Origin: an uncultured Sphingomonadales bacterium | GTDB taxonomy: Bacteria; Pseudomonadota; Alphaproteobacteria; Sphingomonadales; Sphingomonadaceae | Assembly (NCBI GenBank): GCA_903821605.1 | Contig: CAIJLZ010000018.1 | Coordinates: forward strand, 13,681-77,680 | Length of the DNA stretch: 64,000 bases | Direction: 5' to 3' | Shown here: one piece after another, positions 42,824 through 48,512 of the stretch | How the letters are laid out: every line of letters starts with the position of its first letter | Numbering within the stretch: position 1 is the first letter of the stretch | Made by a program: the position numbers and the translations under genes | The notes under the pieces: model-generated | Told to the model about the DNA's origin: nothing | What the model saw: only the letters and a program-made list of their open reading frames with translations | Database searches by the model: none

Positions 42824-43024
42824 AAGGCGAGCGTAAGTGTCGGCCATGGCGTGAACGACTTCCCGCCGTCCCTTGCGCTTCCTCGTATCGCACTCTCGAC
42901 ACCCATGCGCTCTCCCATCCGCCTTGCTGCGGTCTACGATGAATGCCTCGACCGGCAACTCTCGGCGGTGCCCGTGGCACCATTTGTTTCCCGGCGAGGC
43001 GCTGGGGGTGATCTTTCGGGGCAT
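42782..43024 (-). CDS. small Cys/His zinc-ribbon-like protein
   Basis: The ATG at 43024 is preceded by AAGGAA with a 5-nt gap. The motif WCHGHRRELPVEAFIVDRSKADGRAHGCRECDTRKRK resembles the CxxC...F..D.S..DG....C..C ribbon seen in phage or HNH-associated proteins. Confidence 0.45.
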   Translation of the reverse strand: MPRKITPSASPGNKWCHGHRRELPVEAFIVDRSKADGRAHGCRECDTRKRKGRREVVHAMADTYARLSALGFTRQCIAIG

Positions 43025-43072
43025 GTGGGTTCCTTGGACGGGCGAGGCCCTAGGTGCCAAGGTCAAAAACTA

Positions 43073-43402
43073 TCAGGTGCTAAGCAGCCTGTGCTTCTCC
43101 ATCCGCTCACCATCCTTCATCAAGACGCAGATGTATGCGCGGTAGTTGAATGGCTCCTTGATGGCATCTGCGAAACTGCGAGCATTACCTTCGCACATGC
43201 GGAGACCGATCGCCCTACCGATCACGACGTTGTCGCTTTCGTCATCGCGCTCAAGGTTCCGCCAGTACCAGACTTCATACTCGGCCTTCTCCTCGACATA
43301 CGAGCAAGGATACTGGGAAGAGTATTCAGAACATCCGCTGGCATTGCAAGATTCAAGGGCGATCATCATCAGGCCCGAAGTAACTACCTTGGAAAAACTC
43401 AT
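43073..43402 (-). CDS. small Cys-rich putative lipoprotein
   Basis: 109 aa. MSFSKVVTSGLMMIALESC is a signal peptide with a lipobox-like end. The mature part is rich in E/K/Y/W with 5 further Cys. Ends in a double stop (TGA TAG). Confidence 0.55.
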   Translation of the reverse strand: MSFSKVVTSGLMMIALESCNASGCSEYSSQYPCSYVEEKAEYEVWYWRNLERDDESDNVVIGRAIGLRMCEGNARSFADAIKEPFNYRAYICVLMKDGERMEKHRLLST

Positions 43403-43432
43403 TCGGACGCCCCACTCTATAGACCAACCGTG

Positions 43433-43624
43433 TCATTCTATCATGGCGCGACCGATTTGAACATCAGAGCGACCGCTTCCGGCTACGCGGAAAAAAAGCA
43501 GGGCATCGTCCCTGAGTGCCGATTTCTTGAGGACTTTCTGAACGGTCGTATTGGACACGCCTGCGATTTTCGCGGTCTCGCAGATACTTTTATCGCTCCA
43601 ATATCCGAAGTCAAAAGCCTGCAA
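43433..43624 (-). CDS. small helix-turn-helix protein (resolvase/transposase-type HTH)
   Basis: The TTG at 43624 is preceded by GGAGA with a 9-nt gap, giving 63 aa. The sequence WSDKSICETAKIAGVSNTTVQKVLKK is a convincing HTH. Confidence 0.45.
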   Translation of the reverse strand: MQAFDFGYWSDKSICETAKIAGVSNTTVQKVLKKSALRDDALLFFRVAGSGRSDVQIGRAMIE

Positions 43625-43675
43625 TGCGGGGATTCTCCGATTGCTTCGGCGGCGGAACCATGGGTATTCCCGGAT

Positions 43676-44329
43676 ATGACGTTGCTTCTCTCTGATATTA
43701 TCGAGCCGCTTGAAGTGGCCATTGGCACGCGGGTTTATTCCTATCAGTTTCACATGTTGTTGCTGCTCTGCGAACAGCCGAAGATGACAGCGGGCGAATT
43801 GCGGGCGCGGTGTCGGGTGTCGTCGACGACCTGTTCCAACACCCTGTCGGGCCTTGAGGCACGGGGTCTGGTGCATTCGCAACAGGGTGAAACGGACCGC
43901 CGGCGGCGTTATTATGCGCTGTCCGATCATGCGCGGCAGGTGTTGAACGCCAAGGACGATTTCCGCGCGCAGTGGCTGGACGAGCAACAGGAGCAAGCGC
44001 CGATTGATGAGGCGACGCTGTTAGGTGCGATTCAGGGATTTGAGCAGCAGTTGAACATCCGCATGTTCGCCAGCGAATATCATCTGCTGATCAACCTGTA
44101 TGACAGCGGGCAATTATCGGGCAATGACCTCTGCATGATCGCGACCACCTCGCCGTCGAAATTCTATCAGGATATCGCCCGGCTGAAGCGGGATGGCCTG
44201 ATTTTGACGTCGCGTGATGGGGCAGATGACCGGCGGATCATCTATCGGCTGGCGGATCATATCCGGCAGGACATGGATAAGGCCCATGCGCGCGTGGCGG
44301 CGATTGGCGGGCCGACGGTCATGCACTGA
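43676..44329 (+). CDS. tandem winged-helix (MarR-like x2) DNA-binding protein
   Basis: Two MarR-like units: YQFHMLLLLCEQPKMTAGELRARCRVSSTTCSNTLSGLEARGLVHSQQGETDRRRRYYALSD and EYHLLINLYDSGQLSGNDLCMIATTSPSKFYQDIARLKRDGLILTSRDGADDRRIIYRLAD. The in-frame ATG at 43676 is used; the upstream 825 nt of the track ORF are rejected. Confidence 0.65.
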   Translation: MTLLLSDIIEPLEVAIGTRVYSYQFHMLLLLCEQPKMTAGELRARCRVSSTTCSNTLSGLEARGLVHSQQGETDRRRRYYALSDHARQVLNAKDDFRAQWLDEQQEQAPIDEATLLGAIQGFEQQLNIRMFASEYHLLINLYDSGQLSGNDLCMIATTSPSKFYQDIARLKRDGLILTSRDGADDRRIIYRLADHIRQDMDKAHARVAAIGGPTVMH

Positions 44330-44335
44330 GGCTGA

Positions 44336-44839
44336 TCAGCACCAGTTGCGGCGGCGTCCGGTCCAACGTTCGGCCAATCCTTCGGCGACCAAGATATCGC
44401 CTACCGAACGGCCATTCACCAAGATCAGCCGCAGTTCGCGGCCATAGCGGTCCTGATCGCGCTTGCCGCTGGATCGCCATTCGACCCGCCCTTGGTTCAG
44501 TAGGTCGAGCAAGCGGCGCGTGGCGCGCTCGGCGAGCTGCTTTTCATAGACGCATTGCGGCTGGCTCTTTTCCGGGGTGTTGATATCGGCGATGCGGATC
44601 TTGCGCGCATTCAGCCAGATCGTATCGCCGTCGACCACGCAATTGATGCGGTGAGAACCGCGACAAATGGTGAAGCGCACCAGATGCACGACCGTGGCGG
44701 CATGGGCTTCGGTGATGAATGCGCTCTGCGATGCCGGGGCGAGGGTGGACATGATCGCCAGTAGGCTCGCCGCGACAAGCCGCTTCAAGGTCTGGCGCAG
44801 CATGTTGCGGGTTGAGGGGCGAGAGAACTGGGTCATCAA
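44336..44839 (-). CDS. secreted thermonuclease (SNase-like) family protein
   Basis: Signal peptide LLAIMSTLAPASQSA. SNase-like core: VVDGDTIWLNARKIRIADINTPE...DRYGRELRLILVNGRSVGDILVAEGLAE. Confidence 0.8.
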   Translation of the reverse strand: MMTQFSRPSTRNMLRQTLKRLVAASLLAIMSTLAPASQSAFITEAHAATVVHLVRFTICRGSHRINCVVDGDTIWLNARKIRIADINTPEKSQPQCVYEKQLAERATRRLLDLLNQGRVEWRSSGKRDQDRYGRELRLILVNGRSVGDILVAEGLAERWTGRRRNWC

Positions 44840-44982
44840 TCGGGTGCACCTGTTTCCTGTTCCACCCCACCGGAACGGCAGCGGCGGGTGAAGCTGTAGG
44901 ACGATGCACTATTTAATAAATTGAAGGCAAGATAAGGCGCGACGAACAGCCCCGCCCACCGGTTCGGTCGGCGCCAGCTCCA

Positions 44983-45006
44983 GAAATCAGGAAATCAGGA
45001 AATCAG
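44983..45006. repeat. perfect 3 x 8-bp tandem repeat (GAAATCAG)
   Basis: GAAATCAG GAAATCAG GAAATCAG, immediately followed by GCGTCAG-c-GCGTCAG, which overlaps the modC stop. Confidence 0.9.
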
Positions 45007-45018
45007 TGCGTCAGCGCG

Positions 45019-45639
45019 TCAGAGCGTGATGATGCTACTCGCCAGCCGCTCGACCTCGCTCCGATCATGGCTGACATAGAGGATGGGGAACTGGAGTTCA
45101 TCGCGGATGCGCTCGATCATGGCCATGATCTCTTCCCGCCTGGCGCGGTCGAGTGAGGCGAGCGGTTCGTCCATCAGCAGGAAGCGCGGGCCGCTCAATA
45201 AGGCGCGGCCAATGGCGACGCGCTGCGCCTCGCCGCCCGAAAGCGTTGCGGGCCAGCGGTCGAGCAGCGGCGCGATGTCGAGAAACGCGATGCTTTCCTC
45301 TAGCGTGATCCAGCGCTGGGCCGGGGCGGCGAGTTTCCAGCCATAAAGCAGATTGTCGCGCACCCGGCGGTGGGGGAAGAGCCGCCCGTCCTGAAACACA
45401 TAGCCGGCACGGCGACGTTCGGGGGGAAGGTCGATCCCGGCCTTGCTGTCGAACAGCGTCTCGTCACCGATGCGGATATGTCCCCGATCAGGCCGCAGCA
45501 GGCCCGCCACCATGTTGAGCAGGCTTGTCTTGCCCGCGCCGGATGGCCCGAATAGCGCGGTCAGGCCGGGCTTGGCGATCAGGCGCAGCGCGATATCATG
45601 CGTGCCGCGTCGATAGGCGATGTCGATGTCAAAGGACAT
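45019..45639 (-). CDS. modC: molybdate ABC transporter ATPase, short form without a C-terminal TOBE domain
   Basis: 206 aa with Walker A GPSGAGKTS, signature LSGGEAQRV, Walker B LLMDEP and H-loop VSHD close to the C-terminus. Confidence 0.85.
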   Translation of the reverse strand: MSFDIDIAYRRGTHDIALRLIAKPGLTALFGPSGAGKTSLLNMVAGLLRPDRGHIRIGDETLFDSKAGIDLPPERRRAGYVFQDGRLFPHRRVRDNLLYGWKLAAPAQRWITLEESIAFLDIAPLLDRWPATLSGGEAQRVAIGRALLSGPRFLLMDEPLASLDRARREEIMAMIERIRDELQFPILYVSHDRSEVERLASSIITL

Positions 45640-46324
45640 GGCCTGGCCCTCCGCGCCCGGTGCGCCTTGCCAATAGTTCTGAAAGCAGCAGCGCGCCGAG
45701 CGATAGCGCGACCGAGATCAGCGCCAGCCGCGCCACCAGCGCCTCGCCCCCCGGCAGTTGCAGCGCGCTATAGATCGCGAGTGGCAGTGTCTGGGTCTCG
45801 CCGGGGATGTTGGAAACAAAGGTGATCGTTGCCCCGAACTCACCAATCGAGCGCGCGAGGCCAAGCACCACCCCGGCCAGCACACCGGGCAGGGAGAGCG
45901 GCACGGTAATCGTCCAGAACACCCGCGCCGGACGCGCGCCGAGCGTCCGTGCTGCTCCTTCAAGCCGGCGGTCGACCGCCTCAATCGATAGGCGCATGGC
46001 CCGCACCATCAGCGGCAGCGCCATCACGGCGGCGGCAAGCGCGGCCCCGGTCCAACGGAACATCAGGCTGATCCCGAACCAGTGATCTAGCCAGTGCCCA
46101 ACCGGCCCTTGCTTCCCGAAGGCGAGCAGCAACAGCCAGCCGGTCACCACCGGCGGCACGACCAGCGGCAGATGGACGATGGCATCGATCAACAGCTTGC
46201 CGGGAAAACGGCCACGCGCCAATATCCAGGCAAGCCCGAACGCGACTGGCAGGGTGAGCATCACCGCCACGCCACTCACCTTGAGCGACAGCAGGACGAT
46301 GGCCCATTCTTCGGGTGTCAGCAT
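45629..46324 (-). CDS. modB: molybdate ABC transporter permease
   Basis: 231 aa from the ATG at 46324, with the EAA-loop region EGAARTLGARPARVFWTITVPL. The track ORF (to 46618) is over-extended into modA. Confidence 0.9.
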   Translation of the reverse strand: MLTPEEWAIVLLSLKVSGVAVMLTLPVAFGLAWILARGRFPGKLLIDAIVHLPLVVPPVVTGWLLLLAFGKQGPVGHWLDHWFGISLMFRWTGAALAAAVMALPLMVRAMRLSIEAVDRRLEGAARTLGARPARVFWTITVPLSLPGVLAGVVLGLARSIGEFGATITFVSNIPGETQTLPLAIYSALQLPGGEALVARLALISVALSLGALLLSELLARRTGRGGPGHVL

Positions 46325-46328
46325 CAGG

Positions 46329-47108
46329 TCACCGATCGCTGAGCGGGATGAAACCATGGCGGGCGAAGATCGCCTTGCCGGGGCGCGACAGGAGAAAGCG
46401 GCGAAACGGCTCGGCATCGGCGTGAGTTGAGGTCTTGAGCCGGGCGAGCGGATAGGTGATCGGGTCATGGCTGTTGGCCGGAAAGACGCCCATGACCCGG
46501 ACCCCGGTTGAGGCGCGAGCATCGGTAGCATAGACAATGCCGAAGGGGGCGGCGCCGCGTTCGACCAGCAGCAAGGCGGCCCGTACATTTTCCGCGCGCG
46601 CCAACCGGTCTGCCACATCTGGCCAGATGCCGAGCCGGGTCAGCGCTGCCTTAGCATAGCGCCCCGCTGGCACGGCGTCGGGATCAGCCATGGCAAGCCG
46701 TCCAGTGCCAAGCGCCCGCGCCAGCGGGAAGCGGGGGCCAATGGCCAGCCTTGTCCGCGACGCGGCGGGCGCGATTAGCACCAGCCGGTTGGCGAGGAAG
46801 GACATGCGGGTTTCAGGTCGGATCAGGCCCTTGCGCGCGAGATCGTCCATCCATGGCTCATCGGCGGAAATGAAAAGGTCGGCGGGCGCGCCTGCCGCCA
46901 CCTGCCGGGCCAGCGCCGACGAGGCCGCAAAAGACAGCACCGGCTTGGCATGGCCATGGGCGGCCCAGCGATTGCTCGCATCGGTCAGTGCCTCTTGCAG
47001 GCTGGCGGCGGCGAGGATCAGCGGGCCTGGTTGCTGGGCCTGCGCTGGCATGGCGATGAGCGTCAGCGCAGCGAACAACAGGGACAGGCGCTTGAAGATC
47101 TCGGTCAT
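46329..47108 (-). CDS. modA: molybdate ABC transporter periplasmic binding protein
   Basis: MTEIFKRLSLLFAALTLIAMPAQA signal peptide, then a ModA-like sequence (LILAAASL...VLSFAASSAL...GIVYATD). Confidence 0.9.
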   Translation of the reverse strand: MTEIFKRLSLLFAALTLIAMPAQAQQPGPLILAAASLQEALTDASNRWAAHGHAKPVLSFAASSALARQVAAGAPADLFISADEPWMDDLARKGLIRPETRMSFLANRLVLIAPAASRTRLAIGPRFPLARALGTGRLAMADPDAVPAGRYAKAALTRLGIWPDVADRLARAENVRAALLLVERGAAPFGIVYATDARASTGVRVMGVFPANSHDPITYPLARLKTSTHADAEPFRRFLLSRPGKAIFARHGFIPLSDR

Positions 47109-47125
47109 GCAGGCTCCGGTAATAT

Positions 47126-47149
47126 CGATATATCGCATTGTATATAGCG
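47126..47149 (-). promoter_or_regulatory. candidate ModE operator (Mo-box) upstream of modA
   Basis: CGATATAT-CGCATTG-TATATAGCG contains TATAT-N7-TATAT, the E. coli ModE operator core. It lies 18-41 nt upstream of the modA ATG. Confidence 0.55.
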
Positions 47150-47188
47150 CCATATTGCAGAGTCCATCCCGATCCTTTTGCGGTTCGC

Positions 47189-47617
47189 TTAAGGTCGGTT
47201 GGCGGGCTGGGGGGCAGGGCGGATCCGGCTGGCCAGCGCGTCACGCGCAGGGCCGCTCGCGACCTGTCCGGCTTGCGCCTGCAATTGGCGATAAAGGTCG
47301 AGGATTTCTTCGCCCAATGCGGTCACGCGCGCGCCGCCGCCGTGCGCGCCGCCCGCCGAGGTTTCGACCAGCGGGGCGGACCAGCAGCGGTTCATGACAT
47401 CCACCAACAACCAAGTGCGACGATAGCTCATCCCCAATGACCGCCCCGCCGCCGAAATTGATCCTTCACGCCGGATGGCATCCAATAGATCGGCCTTGCC
47501 GGGGCCCATGGCAATTTCGCTACCGCAAAATAGCTGGATCTTGATCTTGATGGGGAGCGCCTCTGCCATGGCGGCGAGCATAGCGCGCGGCGGTCGCGGA
47601 CGCCATAAGTCGTTCAA
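47189..47617 (-). CDS. ModE-like winged-helix regulator, N-terminal DNA-binding domain only
   Basis: GPGKADLLDAIRREGSISAAGRSLGMSYRRTWLLVDVMN...AGGAHGGGARVTALGEEIL parallels the E. coli ModE N-domain. The protein ends at about 142 aa with no Mop/TOBE repeats. Confidence 0.8.
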   Translation of the reverse strand: MNDLWRPRPPRAMLAAMAEALPIKIKIQLFCGSEIAMGPGKADLLDAIRREGSISAAGRSLGMSYRRTWLLVDVMNRCWSAPLVETSAGGAHGGGARVTALGEEILDLYRQLQAQAGQVASGPARDALASRIRPAPQPANRP

Positions 47618-47708
47618 CTCGCACGGACACTGCCATTATAAACGCATCGTTCATTTGACGAAAGCCAAGAACGGTGTATTGAAGGCGCGTCATTTATAGG
47701 AGGTATCC

Positions 47709-48269
47709 TTGAGAATTCTGTTGGCCCCGATTGTTTCCCTGCTGGCACTGAGCGGCTGCGCGTCGCACGAATATGTGAAGCGCCAGATCGCTGATCTTGA
47801 AACCCGCCGTGTCGCGGTCGACAATGCGCAGGACGCCAAGATCGCCGAACTCGACAAGACCAGCCGTGAAGCCCTTGATCGCGCCAATGCCGCGCATAAG
47901 CTGGCCGAAGGCAAGTTCGTGTTCAGCACCGTGCTGTCGGATGACTCGGTCAAGTTCGCTGCCGGCAAGGCCGTGCTGGCCGACGATGCCAAGGGTCGCC
48001 TGACCCAGCTCGCTGAACAGCTCAAGACCGACAACCGCAACGTCTATCTCGAAATTCAGGGTCACACCGACTCGGTTGGTGCGGAAAGCCTGAATCAGGC
48101 TGTCGGCCTGCGTCGCGCTGAAGCGGTTCGCCTGTTCCTGAACCAGCAGGGTGTTGCGCTCAACCGCATGGCGTCGGTCTCTTATGGTGAGAGCACGCCG
48201 GTGGCATCGAATGCTGATCGCGCTGGCCGTTCGGCCAACCGTCGCGTCGTGATTGTCGTGCTGAACTAA
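47709..48269 (+). CDS. OmpA-family lipoprotein
   Basis: TTG start after AGGAGG, lipobox LALSGC, a coiled-coil segment, and an OmpA C-domain (LEIQGHTDSVG...NRRVVIVV). Confidence 0.85.
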   Translation: MRILLAPIVSLLALSGCASHEYVKRQIADLETRRVAVDNAQDAKIAELDKTSREALDRANAAHKLAEGKFVFSTVLSDDSVKFAAGKAVLADDAKGRLTQLAEQLKTDNRNVYLEIQGHTDSVGAESLNQAVGLRRAEAVRLFLNQQGVALNRMASVSYGESTPVASNADRAGRSANRRVVIVVLN

Positions 48270-48293
48270 TTTCAGTCGGCTTCCGATAAAAAA

Positions 48294-48328
48294 GGGGCGG
48301 GGCACCAGCCGGTGTCCCGCCCTTTTTT
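48294..48328 (+). terminator. intrinsic terminator after the ompA-like gene
   Basis: GGGGCGGGGCACC-agcc-GGTGTCCCGCCC followed by TTTTTT. Confidence 0.8.
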
Positions 48329-48512
48329 GTGCGCCGCAGCACGCCGGTTGGCGCGCCATGGTGCAAGAAGGACACGGCCGCGTCGCCCCTTCGCCATTTT
48401 TGCGCATTGTTGCTTTGACAAGATCGTCGCGATGTCTTTCAATGGGCATGGAAGCTGCTTTACAATCGATTGCATAAAAATCGCGCAACGGGTAGCAACC
48501 GCACAGGAGTGG

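Noticed and set aside
42851-43675. N-terminal 275 codons of the 492-aa plus-strand ORF that ends as the tandem MarR-like protein.
   Set aside because: The opposite strand carries three ORFs with a convincing HTH, a signal peptide with lipobox-like end, and a zinc-ribbon motif, plus SD-like sequences. The plus-strand translation here is poor in Lys and rich in His with no motif. An in-frame ATG at 43676 gives a sensible MarR-type N-terminus. Uncertainty remains; see the corresponding finding.
44940-44975. Possible attR: a CCCCGCCCACCGGTTCGG segment that faintly resembles the tRNA-Gln 3' end (GGTTCGAGTCCTCCCGCCCCA).
   Set aside because: Only about 8 contiguous matching bases, and the sub-motifs are in the wrong order. 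This does not meet any reasonable threshold for a direct repeat. No integrase is present to support an att assignment.
44983-45006. Whether the tandem GAAATCAG repeats could be a CRISPR or another array.
   Set aside because: The units are 8 bp and contiguous with no spacers. No other repeat-spacer structure and no cas genes occur anywhere in the window.
46325-46618. N-terminal extension of modB (the 329-aa track ORF). Similar extensions occur for modA (to 47153), yaaA (to 26673), glgP (from 48312), glgB (from 50885), glgX (from 55840), panB (from 35627) and lemA (from 15249).
   Set aside because: The extensions overlap upstream genes or a terminator. Internal starts give canonical N-termini or signal peptides and frequently ATGA/GTGA coupling.
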